Shown here piece by piece: positions 1-13,130 of a stretch of 64,000 nucleotides of DNA. Location of the stretch: the NCBI GenBank assembly GCA_963845515.1, contig CAWJSR010000035.1, positions 57,236 to 121,235 of the forward strand. The letters run 5' to 3'. The translations under genes and the position numbers were made by a program. The DNA comes from an uncultured delta proteobacterium (lineage in GTDB: Bacteria; Myxococcota; Myxococcia; Myxococcales; Anaeromyxobacteraceae). Position 1 is the first letter of the stretch, and every line of letters starts with the position of its first letter. Under the pieces are notes generated by a model. The model was not told where the DNA came from, made no database searches, and saw nothing but the letters and a program-made list of their open reading frames with translations.

Positions 1-577
1 GCACCGGCCGCTTCTCCGACCTGGTGAAGCGTCGCGGCCTCCGGCCCATCGGCTTCGACCCGCCGGAGCGCTACTTCTACTTCGCGCGTGGAGGTCTACC
101 CGACCGGCGACGCGCCGAAGACCGGTCCGGTGACCCTCGAGCTGGCGCGCGTCGCGCTGAAAGGCCTTGCCAGCGACTGGAAGATGACGCTCGAGCTGCC
201 GAAGCGGAAGCAGCCCCCTGGGGCTCCGCGAGCGCCACTTCAGCCCCGACGGCAGCCGGCTCGCCCTCGTGGAGCACAACGAGCGGAGCTACCCCGCGGC
301 GACGCCGCCCCAGAGCGTCTACGTGATCGACCTCGCGAGCCGGAGGGTCGACGTCTACCCCGGCCCGTTCTCGCGTACGGCGTGCTTGCATCCCCGGCTT
401 CCGCCAGAACCGGTGGAACCATGCCTTCAAGCTCTTGAAGGGGTGAGAGGCGTCGGCGACGACCCTTCGCGGGGGCCCCCTCCTGGGACACCTTTCACTC
501 CACGCGACGGGCTTTCTGGAGCTGCCCGAACTAGATGTAAGAGGACAGCGTCGCTGACTCGCAGGGGCCGGGCATGA
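1..577 (+). CDS. Hypothetical protein, 3' part, apparently frameshifted; runs off the window start
   Basis: Coding-like segments in three successive frames (IGFDPPERYFYF / VYPTGDAPKTGPVTLELARV / HNERSYPAATPPQSVYVIDL). No family recognised and the end is uncertain. Confidence 0.35.
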
Positions 578-595
578 CCGTCAGGGGAGTGGTGC

Positions 596-2228
596 ATGGC
601 GGTAATGATTGACCCGGAGAAGAGCAGCCTGCGTGCGAGCGGCGCCGCGACTGCTTCAAGTCCTGCGCGTGCTCGCCCGACACAAGTTCCTGGGTGCCTT
701 GCGCGGCAAGGGACACTGGCCATCCCCCAGGGAGGTGCGAGAGACCTTCGAGGAGCTCGGGCTGACCTTCATCAAGTTCGGCCAGGTCCTCGCGATGAGG
801 CGCGACCTGCTGCCGGACGCGTACATCAACGAGCTGGAGCTGTTGCACGACCAGCTCCCGGCGCTCGGCATCGACGCGGTGCGCGCCACGGTCGAAGCCG
901 AGCTGGCAGCCCCGCTGGCGCAGCACTTCGCGTCGTTCAGCGAAGTGCCGCTGGCCGCCGCCACCATCGCCCAGGTGCACGAGGCGACCACCGTGGACGG
1001 GCGTCACGTCGCGGTGAAGGTGCAGCGGCCCCAGCTCGAGGAGATGATCGCCACGGACATCGCGGCGCTGAACTACCTGGTGGCGCTGGGGGAACGGTTC
1101 TTCCCGCGCCTGCGGGCGCTCGATCTGCCGGTCCTGGTCCGGGAGTTCGCCAACAGCCTGGACCGGGAGACCGACTTCAGTCACGAGGCTCGCTCCATCA
1201 CGCTCTTCCGCGCCGCGCTCGCGGACGTTCCCGGCCTCTGGATTCCCGCAGTCGTGACGGAGTGCTCCAACGGGAACGTGCTCACGATGGAGTTCTCGGC
1301 GGGCGAGCGGGTCGACGTCTACGCCAGGGACAATCCGGAGGAGATGCCCCGGCTGATCGCCACCCTGGTCAGGCTCACCCTGCAGACGATCTTCGAAGAG
1401 GGGCTCTTTCACGCCGATCCGCATCCCGGCAACGTCTTCGTGCAGCCCGACGGCCGGCTCTCCTTGCTGGACTTCGGGATGACGGGCGAGCTCGACGAGC
1501 AGATGCGCGAGTCGCTGAAGCTCCTGCTCGAGGCGGTCGTCAAGGGCGATGCCCGGGCCGCCACCGAGGCCTATCTCGAGCTGGCGCCGCAGGGCAGCGA
1601 GAAGGTGAACCGCGCCGCCCTGTCGATGGACATCAAGGCCGTGCTCTACAAGATCCACAGGAGCGACCTCGAGGAGGTCTCCATCGGGGACTCGTTCGAC
1701 TCGCTGCTTCGCGCCGGGAGCCGACACGGGGTCCACAACCCCGGCGAGTTCTTCCTGCTTACCCGCACGTTCGTCATCCTCGAGTCGATGATCCGGCAGC
1801 TCGACCCCGCCCACAGCTACATGGGGTCGTTTCGGGAGGAGATCGCGCGGCTGACCGCGCAGCACTTCTCCGTCGAGCGGATCACCGAGAAGACGACCAA
1901 GCTGGCGCGCGAGCTGGAGCGGCTCATCCACGATGCGCCCGGCGACACGCGCCGCGTCCTCCGTCGCATGGCCGAAGGGAACCTGGGGCGACTCCAGGCT
2001 CCGGCGATCGAGGCGCTGGGAGGCCGGATCGGCCGCAACGTCGAGCGGCTCACCGGCGCGATCGCCGCCGCGTCGCTCGTCATCGGCGGCGCGATGCTGA
2101 CCAGCGCCCCGCTGGAGGGCTGGCACCACTCCCTCGGCGAAGCCATGGTCGGCGGCGGGATCTTCGGCACCGCCGTCATCGTCATGGGCGTCTTGCGCCC
2201 TGACCGGGGGCGCCGTGGCCGGCGCTGA
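596..2228 (+). CDS. ABC1/UbiB (AarF) family atypical protein kinase
   Basis: Motifs ELGLTFIKFGQ, PLAAATIAQVH, VAVKVQRP, FHADPHPGN and LLDFGM, plus C-terminal TM helices. The likely N-terminus (MAVMIDPEKSSLRAS) is in another frame, implying a 1-bp insertion near 641. Confidence 0.9.
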
Positions 2229-2237
2229 AGGTCCACC

Positions 2238-3962
2238 ATGAACGACTACGAGAAGACCAAGGCCGAGCTCGTCCACGAGGTCACCGACCTTCGCAAGCGC
2301 CTCGCGGCGCTCGAGAGGGCGGCGCATGAACGCGTGCAGCTCGACGCCGACATCCAGGATGCCCGGGAATATGCCGAGAACATCGTCGAAACCGTGCGCG
2401 AGCCGCTGGTGGTGCTGAATTCCGACCTGAAGATCCTCACCGCCAACCACAGCTTCTACGATACCTTCAAGGTAACGCCCGAGGAAACCATCGGGAATTT
2501 CATCTACGACCTCGGCAACCGGCAATGGGACATTCCCAAGCTGCGGGTACTCTTTGAGGAGATCCTCCCCCATGATACCGTGATCAACGGCTATGAGGTC
2601 GAGCATGATTTTCCCGGCATCGGCCGCAAGATCATTCTGCTCAACGCCCGGCAGATCTTCCGGGAAAATATCGGCTCACACATCATCCTCCTGGCCATGG
2701 AGGACATCACCGAACGCAAGCAGTTGGAAACGGAGATCCAGGATGCCCGGGAATATGCCGAGAACATCGTCGAGACCGTGCGCGAGCCGCTGGTGGTGCT
2801 GAATTCCGACCTGAAGATCCTCACCGCCAACCAGAGCTTCTACGATACCTTCAAAGTAACGCCCGAGGAAACCATCGGGAATTTCATCTACGACCTCGGC
2901 AACCGGCAATGGGACATTCCCAAGCTGCGGGTGCTCTTTGAGGAGATCCTCCCCCATGATACCGTGTTCAATGGCTATGAAGTCGAGCATGATTTTCCCG
3001 GTATCGGCCGCAAGATCATTCTGCTCAACGCCCGGCAGATCTTCCGGGAAAATATCGGCTCCCACATCATCCTCCTGGCCATGGAAGACATTACCGAACG
3101 CAAGCTGGTGGAGGAGCGGATCAGCGAGGTCATCCGGCAGCAGCAGGCCATTCTCGACAATATCCCCAACATCGCCTGGCTCAAGGACAGGAAGGGAAGG
3201 TATGTCGCGGTAAACGATCCCTTCGGCAAGGCGTTCGGCAATGACACCGAAGGATCTGGTCGGGAAGAACGATTACGATATCTATCCGCCGGGAACTTGC
3301 CGTGAAATACGAGACAGGACTTCAGGGAGGTCATGGCGACCGGCACGCGCACCTATTTCGAGGAGTCCGCTCGTCGACCGGGACGGGAAGATCCAGTACG
3401 TGGAGAAGATCGAAACGCCCATCTTTAACGACGCCGGAGTGGTCATCGGGATCATCGGCATCGCCCATGACATTACCAGCCGCAAGGAAGTGGAAGTGCA
3501 CGCTCCGTCACGACAGCACCCACGACATGCTGACCGGCCTCTATAACCGGGCGTTTTTCGACGAAGAGCTGGAACGGCTCTCCCACGGCAGGATGTTTCC
3601 CGCTGAGCATCGTGATGGCCGATGTAAACGGTCTGAAAACGGTCAATGATACCCTGGGGCATGAAGCGGGAGACCAGCTGATCCGGCTGGCGGCCCGGAT
3701 CATCCTGGGGGCCTTCCGGGCCGAGGACATCGTGGCCCGGATCGGGGGAGACGAGTTTGCCGTTCTTCTTCCGGGGACGCCGGCACCGGTCGCGGAGCAG
3801 GCGATCGTCCGGATCATGGCGAGCCCCGAGGTCGCAGGCAGTCAGGTGAGCATCGCCTTCGGCCTGGCCACCGCAGAGTCCAGGGATCAGCTCGACGGCG
3901 CGCTCAAGCTGAGCGACGAGCGGATGTACCTGGACAAGACCGAGCAGAAGGCCTCCTCGTGA
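2238..3962 (+). CDS. PAS-PAS-PAS-GGDEF diguanylate cyclase (frameshifted between about 3240 and 3610)
   Basis: Two near-identical PAS repeats, a third PAS (ILDNIPNIAWLKD), HDMLTGLYNR, DVNGLKTVNDTLGHEAGD and RIGGDEF, spread over several frames. Confidence 0.85.
2352..3104 (+). repeat. Intragenic tandem duplication, 384-bp period (128-aa PAS module x2)
   Basis: ATCCAGGATGCCCGGGAATATGCCGAGAACATCGTC starts at both 2352 and 2736. The copies stay near-identical to about 2720 and 3104. Confidence 0.95.
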
Positions 3963-3966
3963 GGGG

Positions 3967-4020
3967 CCTCACCCGCTCCCCACGCCCTCCCCTCTCCCCC
4001 GCCGGAGCGGAGGAGAGGGA
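3967..4020. repeat. REP-like GC-rich palindrome or bidirectional terminator between convergent genes
   Basis: Imperfect hairpin CCCTCTCCCCCG...CGGAGGAGAGGG preceded by CCTCACCC. Confidence 0.45.
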
Positions 4021-4043
4021 CTCGGGGGAGCTGGCTGGGCGCG

Positions 4044-7000
4044 TCAGGCCAGGACGAAGATCAGGTCGTCCTTCTCGATCTTGTCCCCTTCCTTGAACTT
4101 CACCTCGCCGACGATGCAGTCGGCCTTGGCCTTGATGTTGGTCTCCATCTTCATGGCCTCGGTGACCATCAGGACGCGCGCCGGCGGCGACCTTGTCGCC
4201 CGGCTTGACCGCGACCTTGACGACCTTGCCCGGCATCGGCGCGCCGACGTGGAGCGGGTTGCCCTTGTCGGCCTTCGGCCGCGTCACGCTGGTGGTCGCC
4301 GCCGCCTGGTCGCGGATCGTGACCGAGCGCCCGTCGCCGTTCAGCTCGAAGTAGAGGTCGCGCGTCCCGTCGGGATGCAGCTTCCCGATGGTGTTGAGCT
4401 TCACGATGAGCGTCTTGCCGGGCTCGATGTCGATCGAGGTCTCCTGCCCCGGCTCGAGGCCGTAGAGGAAGACCGGCGTCGGGATGACCGACGTGTCCGA
4501 GAACTCGTCCTTGTGCCGGTCGAGGTCGGGGTAGACGTTCGGGTAGAGCAGGTACGAGACGAGCGCCTTGGCGTCGATCGGGTGGCCGATCCGCGCCTCC
4601 GCCTTCTTGCGTCTCCGCGTCGAAGTCGACCGGCTCGATCAGCTCGCCCGGCCGGCTCGTGATCGGCTCGACCTCGCGGAGGATGATCTTCTGCAGCTCC
4701 GCCGGGAAGCCGCCGTGGAGCTGGCCGAGCATGCCCCGCGCGAAGCCGATGACCGACTCCGGGAAGGCGAGATCCTTCCCCTTCTCCGTGAAGAGGTCCT
4801 CCGGCTCGAGCCCGTTCTTCACGAGGAACATCGCCATGTCACCCACGACCTTCGACGACGGCGTCACCTTGATGACGTCCCCGAAGAGCAGGTTGACCTT
4901 GCGGTACATGTCCTTGCACTCCTCCCACTTGTCGACGAGGCCGAGCCCGATGACCTGAGGTCTGTAGTTGGAGTACTGGCCGCCCGGGATCTCGTGCCGG
5001 TAGACCTCGGCGGTGCCGCTCTTGAGCCCGGACTCGAACGGCGCGTAGTACTCGCGGACCGTCTCCCAGTAGTTGGCGAGCAGCTGGAGGCCGTCCTCCT
5101 CCAGGTGGGAGTCCCACTCGGTCCCCTTGAGGGCGGCCACGAGGGAGTTGAGGTTGGGCTGCGCGGTCAGGCCCGAGAGGGAGGAGAGCGCCGCGTCGAC
5201 GACGTCGACGCCCGCCTGCGCCGCCTCGAGGAGCGTCGCGCTGGCGATGCCCGAGGTGTCGTGCGTGTGCAGGTGGATCGGGAGCCCGACCTCCTGCTTC
5301 AGCGCCTTGACGAGCTTGCGGGCGGCGAAGGGCTTGAGGAGCCCGGCCATGTCCTTGATGCCGAGGAAGTGAGCCCCCATCGACTCGAGCTCCTTCGCCA
5401 GCTTCACGTAGTAGGTGAGCGGGTACTTGTCGCGCTTCGGGTCGGTGATGTCGCCCGTGTAGCAGACCGCGGCCTCGAGGATCTTGTTCTGCTTGCGGAC
5501 GGCCTCCATCGCGACCGCCATCCCCTTGGTCCAGTTGAGGGCGTCGAAGACGCGGAACACGTCGATGCCGTTCTTCGCGGCCTCCTCGACGAAGCGCTGG
5601 ACCACGTTGTCGGCGTAGTTGGTGTAGCCGACCGCGTTGGAGCCGCGCAGCAGCATCTGGAAGAGGACGTTGGGGATGGCCTGCCGCAGCTTCACGAGCC
5701 GATCCCAGGGATCCTCCTTGAGGAACCGCATCGCGACGTCGAAGGTGGCGCCGCCCCACATCTCGAGCGAGAAGAAGCCCGCGCCGTAGTGGCTGGTGGC
5801 GGGGGCGATCTTGAGCAGGTCGTGCGTGCGGACGCGGGTCGCGAGGAGCGACTGGTGCGCGTCGCGCATCGTGGTGTCGGTGAAGAGCAGCTTCTTCTGC
5901 GCCCGCACCCACTTCGCCACGGCCTCCGGCCCCTCGGCGAGGAGCAGGTCCCGCGTCCCGCGGGGGCGCGCTGCGTTCGCGTCGATCTTCGGGACCCGCG
6001 GCTCGCCCAGCTCGGCCGACTTGAGCGGCCTCGCGACGCCCTGGGAGCCGTTCACCGTCACCTCGCCGAGGAACTTCAGGAGCTTCGTGCCACGGTCCTT
6101 CTTCTGCGGGACCTGGAGGAGCTCGGGGTGCGCCTCGATGAACGAGGTGTCGCACTTCCCCGCGAGGAACTCGGGGTGCGATCATCACGTTCTCGAGGAA
6201 CGCGATGTTGGTCTTCACGCCACGGACCCGGAACTCCTGCAGCGACGCGGTGCATGATGTGGGCGGCGGCCTTGAGGTCGAGCCCCCAGGTCGTCACCTT
6301 CACCAGCATCGAGTCGTAGTGCGGCGTGATCACCGCGCCGACGAAGGCCGAGCCGGCGTCGAGGCGGACGCCGAACCCGCCGGGGCTGCGGTAGGCCTTC
6401 AGGACCCCGAAGTCGGGGGCGAAGCCGTTCTGCGGATCCTCGGTCGTGATCCGGCACTGGATCGCGACGCCGCGCATCTGGACGTCGTCCTGGCTCTTGA
6501 TGCCGATCTCGGGGTCGGAGAGCTTCTTCCCCTGCGCGATGAGGATCTGCGCGGTGACGAGGTTCCGTCCGGTGATCGCCTCGGTGACGGTGTGCTCCAC
6601 CTGGATGCGCGGGTTCACCTCGATGAAGTAGTGCTTGCCCTCCTGGTCCAGGAGGAACTCGACCGTGCCGGCGTTCAGGTAGTTGACGCTCTTCGCGATC
6701 TTGAGCGCGTCGCCGCAGATCGCCTGGCGCTGCCCTTCGCTGAGCGCGAGCGACGGGGCGAACTCGACCACCTTCTGGTGGCGGCGCTGGATCGAGCAGT
6801 CGCGCTCGAAGAGGTGGACGAGGTTCCCGTGCTTGTCGCCGAGGACCTGGACCTCGATGTGCTTGGGCTGCTCGATGTAGCGCTCGAGGAAGACCGCCGG
6901 GTTGCCGAACGCCGCCTTCGCCTCGCTGCGGGCCGAGACGAGCCCCTGCAGCAGCTCCTCCTGGCTCCGGGCCACCCGCATGCCCCGGCCGCCGCCGCCG

Positions 7001-7494
7001 CCGCTCGCCTTGATGATGATCGGGTAGCCGGCGCTCCGCGCGAAGAGGAGCGCCTCCTCGTCGCGCTCGACCGGCTCCGCGGTGCCGGGGACGATCTGGA
7101 CGCCGGCGCCCTGGGCGGCCTTGCGGCCGGCCACCTTGTCGCCGAGCTTCCGCTGCATCTCGGCCGTGGGGCCGATGAAGAAGATCCCTGCCCGCTCGCA
7201 CGCCTCGGTGAACTCCGCGTTCTCCGAGAGGAAGCCGTAGCCTGGATGGATCGCGTCGCACTCGATGCGCCGCGCGAGGTCGATGATCTCGTCGATGTCG
7301 AGGTAGGCGTCGATCGGCGCCTTCCCCTTGCCGATCAGGTAGGCCTCGTCGGCCTTGTAGCGGTGGAGCGAGAGCCGATCCTCCTCCGAGTAGATCGCGA
7401 CGGTCTTGATGCCGAGCTCGGTGCAGGCTCGGAAGATGCGGATGGCGATCTCGCCGCGGTTTGCGGCCATCACCTTCCGAAAGGGAATGGGCAT
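4044..7494 (-). CDS. pyc: Pyruvate carboxylase (split by several indels)
   Basis: Biotin carboxylase ([28 protein letters not shown]), carboxyltransferase ([17 protein letters not shown]) and biotin-carrier end ([14 protein letters not shown]). Frame breaks near 6240, 6180, 4610 and 4180. Confidence 0.95.
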
Positions 7495-7896
7495 GTGTGC
7501 TTCTCCGGTCGTGCGCGCGCCGTCGTGCCATCGTGGCACGCGGCATTGAACTCAACGGCTGTTGCTCGCGCTGGGCCCGGAAATGCGGGGGGAGATACGT
7601 GCGACTTGGATCGGGTCGAGCGTCACGGTCTCGGCTCGGTCCAACGCGGCGCTTCGTGAAACGAACGGACGCAGTATAGAGCAAATCGGGGCGCGCGGTG
7701 TCGAGCCCCGACCGCACAGGAGGCTACGATCCTTCGCGATCAGGGCGCGTTCGCCCAAGCGGGCGTTACCCTCGAAGGGCGCACGCCGGCGCCCAGGGGC
7801 CGGTGCAAACGTCCGTAACGGCTCGACCTTCGCCGGGACACCGACCGCGTCCCGTGTTATCTTCACCCGCTCCGCTCCACATTGAGTCCGCCCCAC

Positions 7897-10800
7897 ATGC
7901 CCATCCACAGGCCGCCTCGCGAGATCCCCTTTAACTACACCTCGGCCGACGACCGTCAGGCCGTCACGCTGCTGCTCGGCGCCGAGGTCTGGACCAGGCT
8001 CGAGGAGCTGAGGGCGCGGCGCGTCACGGGCCGCTCGGCCCGGCTGCTGATGCGCTTCTTCGGCGAGGTGCTGATCCACCGGCGCAACCCCTTCCTCCTC
8101 CAGGAGCTGGCCGACTCCGGCGAGCGGCGCCGCCGGCTCTTCGCCAACATGGAGAAGGACCTCTCGCTGGTGGAGAAGAACTCGGGCGGCGAGCCCCGCG
8201 TCGTCGACGTGCTCTCTGCATGCCGCACGCTCTTCGCCGAGTTCAAGCGCGAGATCGAGGAGACGCCGGACCTCCGCCGCCGGATGCAGTCGGAGCTGGG
8301 GCGGGTCGTGGGGCGCGAGAACGTCCTCTTCGACCCGTTCACGCTCGTCTCGCACGCGACCGACGCGACCGACTGGCGGCTCCACCTGCCGGTCGCGGTG
8401 GTGATGCCGGATGAGGAGGGGCAGGTCGCCCCGCTCCTGGCCGCCATCGGGAAGCTCGGGCTGAAGGCCATCCCGCGCGGCGCGGGCACTGGGCTCACCG
8501 GTGGGGCCGTCCCGCTGCGCGCAGCCTGCGTCGTCGTCAACACCGAGAAGCTCAACCGGATCCGCGGGATCGTCGAGCGCAAGCTGCGCCTCCCGGATGG
8601 GCGAGAGATCGCCACCAAGGCGCTGGAGCTGGAGACTGGCGTCATCACGGAGCGGGCGATGGAGGAGGCGGAGCACCACGGCCTCGTCTTCGCGACCGAC
8701 CCGACGAGCGCCTGGGCCTGCACGATCGGCGGCAACATCGCCGAGAACGCCGGCGGCAAGGACTGCGTCCTGTACGGGACGTGCATCGACAACCTGCTCT
8801 CGTGGCGGATGGCCATGCCGAGCGGGAAGAGCTGGACCATCCGCAGGCTCGATCACCAGCTGCGCAAGATCCTCCCGGACGACGTCGTCACCTTCGCCAT
8901 CTTCGACGAGTCCGGCGCGGAGCTGGAGCGGATCGCGCTGGGCGGCACCGAGGTGCGCAAGAAGGGGCTCTGGAAGGACATCACCAACAAGGCGCTCGGC
9001 GGCGTCCCCGGCCTGCAGAAGGAGGGGTGCGACGGCGTCATCACGTCGGCCGAGTTCATCCTGTACCCCGAGTACGAGGTGAAGCGGACCCTCTGCCTCG
9101 AGTTCTTCGGCCCTGACTTCGACGAGGCCAGCCGCGTCATCCTCGACCTCGCGCGCGCCTTCCCCTTCCCCAACGCGGGGCGGGAGGCGCTGGAGGCGCT
9201 GGAGCACTTCGACGGGGAGTACGTCCGGGCCATCAACTACAAGATCAAGGCCGCCAGGGCGGAGACCCCCAAGGCCGTCCTCCTGGTGGACGTCGTCGGG
9301 CACACGCCCGAGCAGGCCGCCGCAGGGATCGCGAGGATCCGCGGGATCCTCGACCGCCACCCGAACACCCTGCTGTTCGAGGCGCGCGACGCGGCCGAGG
9401 GCAAGAAGTTCTGGGCCGACCGGAAGCGGCTTGGCGCCATCGCCCGGCGGACCAACGCGTTCAAGATGAACGAGGACATCGTCCTCCCCCTCGAGGCGCT
9501 GGCGGAGTTCGCGCGCTGGGTCGACGACGTCAACGTCGAGGAGGAGCGCTTCGCGCAGCTCCGGTTCGTCGAGCGGGCCGAGGAGGTCCTCGGTGCGGGG
9601 CCGCGCATGGACGCCCCGGAGTGGACGGCGGCCAAGGCCCCGGCCGCGCTCGAGCGCTGCGCCCTGACCCGGGCCGCGCTCCAGGCGGCGGCCGCTGGGA
9701 CGCTCCGGGGGCTGGCCGAGCTCCAGGCGCTACAGAAGGACCTCGGCGCGCTCGTCAGCGGCTACTCCGACCTGACCTCCGACCTCGATCGCGTCCACAA
9801 GGAGGTCCGGGATCGGCTCATCGTCCTCGCGACCCACATGCACGCCGGGGACGGCAACGTCCACGTCAACGTCCCGGTCCTCTCGAACGACCGGGCGATG
9901 CTGCGCCGGACCGAGGAGATCATCGACCGGGTGATGGCGAAGGTCGTCTCGCTCGGCGGCGTCGTGTCCGGTGAGCACGGCATCGGCGTCACGAAGCTCA
10001 AGTACCTGGAGCCCGAGCGGATCACCGAGCTCGACGCCCACCGGCGCAACGTCGACCCCACCGGGATGATGAACCCCGGGAAGCTGCAGGACGTCGAGAT
10101 CCTCGACCGCGTCTTCACCCCCTCGTTCAACATCCTGGAGCTGGAGGCCCGGATCCTCAAGCACGGCCAGCTCGAGGACCTCGCGCGCTCCATCGCGCAC
10201 TGCGTCCGCTGCGGCAAGTGCAAGCCCGACTGCTGCGTCTTCCACCCGGCGCGCGGGATGTTCTTCCACCCGCGCAACAAGAACCTGGCGATCGGCTCGC
10301 TCATCGAGGCGCTCCTCTACGACGCCCAGCGCGAGCGCTCGACCCGCTTCGAGCTGCTGCGCTGGCTGGAGGAGGTGGCCGACCACTGCACTGGCTGCCA
10401 CAAGTGCCTGAAGCCCTGCCCCGTCGACATCGACACCGGCATCGTGTCGATCCTCGAGCGCGAGATCCTCTCGAGCTGGGGCTACAAGCGGACGACGCCG
10501 ATGACGGCGGCCACCCTCCGCTACCTCGACAGCCGCTCTCCCACCTTCAACAAGCTCTTCCGGACCGGGGTCGTCCGGATCGGCGGCGCCGTCCAGCGGG
10601 CCGGCTGCGAGATCACCGCGCCCTTCCAGCCCAGGGACCGGCCACCGCGCTCCTACGCGCTGCAAGTCCTCCGCTCGCCCGTTCCCCCCGCGCCGCCGAT
10701 GACGCTGCGCGACGTGCTCCCATACTGCGAGCCGGACCAGGTCCTGGTCTTCGAGCCCGCGGCGGAGACGAACCACACCGTCTTCTACTTCCCGGGCTGC

Positions 10801-11526
10801 GGCTCGGAGCGGCTCCACTCGACCATCTCCATGGCTGCGCTGCACGTCCTGAGCGAGATGGGGGTCCGGGCCGTCGTCCCGCCGCCGTTCCTCTGCTGCG
10901 GCTACCCCGCCCAGTTCAACGCGAAGACCGACCAGTACTCGCGGACGGTGCTGCGGGACACCATCCTCTTCAGCCAGATCCGGGAGATGTTCAGCTACCT
11001 CACCTTCGACGCCTGCCTCGTCACCTGCGGCACCTGCCGCGAGGGGCTCGACGAGATGGAGGCAGGGAAGCTCTTCGGCGGCCGCATCATCGACGTCGCG
11101 CGCTACGCGCTGGAGCAGGGGCTGCAACTCGAGGGCGACGGCGACTGGCTCTACCACGCCCCGTGCCACGACTCGCTCGAGGGGCAGGCGCTCGAGGTGA
11201 TCGGCAAGCTGGGTGGCTTCGGGAAGGTGAAGCCCGTGCCGCACTGCTGCTCGGAGGCCGGGACGCTCTCGATGTCGCGTCCCGACATCACCGACTCGAT
11301 GCTGCACAAGAAGCGCACGGCCCTCGCCGAGGCGCTCCAGGATCGGCCCGGTGGCGCCCGGATCCTGACCAACTGCCCGTCCTGCGTGCAGGGGCTCGGC
11401 CGTAACATCCCGCTGGGCGTCGAGCCGCGCCATATAGCCGTCGCCCTTGCCGAGAAGATCTCGGGGACCGGCTGGCTGGACCGCTTCCGGGAGACCGCGC
11501 AGCGCGCGCACGCTGTCCGCTTCTAA
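7897..11526 (+). CDS. Large FAD-binding/Fe-S oxidoreductase (GlcD-like FAD domain + 4Fe-4S + CCG domains; DUF3683/DUF3400-type architecture)
   Basis: PRGAGTGLTGG, TIGGNIAENAGG, HAGDGNVH, SGEHGIG, CVRCGKC, CTGCHKCLKPCP, CCG and HCCSEAG motifs. Confidence 0.85.
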   Translation: MPIHRPPREIPFNYTSADDRQAVTLLLGAEVWTRLEELRARRVTGRSARLLMRFFGEVLIHRRNPFLLQELADSGERRRRLFANMEKDLSLVEKNSGGEPRVVDVLSACRTLFAEFKREIEETPDLRRRMQSELGRVVGRENVLFDPFTLVSHATDATDWRLHLPVAVVMPDEEGQVAPLLAAIGKLGLKAIPRGAGTGLTGGAVPLRAACVVVNTEKLNRIRGIVERKLRLPDGREIATKALELETGVITERAMEEAEHHGLVFATDPTSAWACTIGGNIAENAGGKDCVLYGTCIDNLLSWRMAMPSGKSWTIRRLDHQLRKILPDDVVTFAIFDESGAELERIALGGTEVRKKGLWKDITNKALGGVPGLQKEGCDGVITSAEFILYPEYEVKRTLCLEFFGPDFDEASRVILDLARAFPFPNAGREALEALEHFDGEYVRAINYKIKAARAETPKAVLLVDVVGHTPEQAAAGIARIRGILDRHPNTLLFEARDAAEGKKFWADRKRLGAIARRTNAFKMNEDIVLPLEALAEFARWVDDVNVEEERFAQLRFVERAEEVLGAGPRMDAPEWTAAKAPAALERCALTRAALQAAAAGTLRGLAELQALQKDLGALVSGYSDLTSDLDRVHKEVRDRLIVLATHMHAGDGNVHVNVPVLSNDRAMLRRTEEIIDRVMAKVVSLGGVVSGEHGIGVTKLKYLEPERITELDAHRRNVDPTGMMNPGKLQDVEILDRVFTPSFNILELEARILKHGQLEDLARSIAHCVRCGKCKPDCCVFHPARGMFFHPRNKNLAIGSLIEALLYDAQRERSTRFELLRWLEEVADHCTGCHKCLKPCPVDIDTGIVSILEREILSSWGYKRTTPMTAATLRYLDSRSPTFNKLFRTGVVRIGGAVQRAGCEITAPFQPRDRPPRSYALQVLRSPVPPAPPMTLRDVLPYCEPDQVLVFEPAAETNHTVFYFPGCGSERLHSTISMAALHVLSEMGVRAVVPPPFLCCGYPAQFNAKTDQYSRTVLRDTILFSQIREMFSYLTFDACLVTCGTCREGLDEMEAGKLFGGRIIDVARYALEQGLQLEGDGDWLYHAPCHDSLEGQALEVIGKLGGFGKVKPVPHCCSEAGTLSMSRPDITDSMLHKKRTALAEALQDRPGGARILTNCPSCVQGLGRNIPLGVEPRHIAVALAEKISGTGWLDRFRETAQRAHAVRF

Positions 11527-11535
11527 GGCAGCTAG

Positions 11536-13059
<1,524 letters not shown>

Positions 13060-13083
13060 CCGCCACCGTCAAACCTGAAGCAC

Positions 13084-13120
13084 GGAGGCCCTCTTCCCGA
13101 AAGGGAGGAGGGCCTTCTTT
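13084..13120 (+). terminator. Intrinsic terminator after gdhA
   Basis: Hairpin GGAGGCCCTCTTCCC-GAAA-GGGAGGAGGGCCTTC followed by TTT. Confidence 0.75.
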
Positions 13121-13130
13121 CATGCGCGCG

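Noticed and set aside
4044..7494. pyc as separate subunit genes or as programmed frameshifting
   Set aside because: The breaks fall mid-domain without SD/start signals or slippery heptamers, and they match the window-wide indel pattern.
7524..7550. CGTGCCA-TCG-TGGCACG palindrome as a sigma54 promoter upstream of pyc
   Set aside because: TGGCACG is present on both strands, but neither has GC at the required -12 spacing. It may be an operator or hairpin, but this is unsupported.
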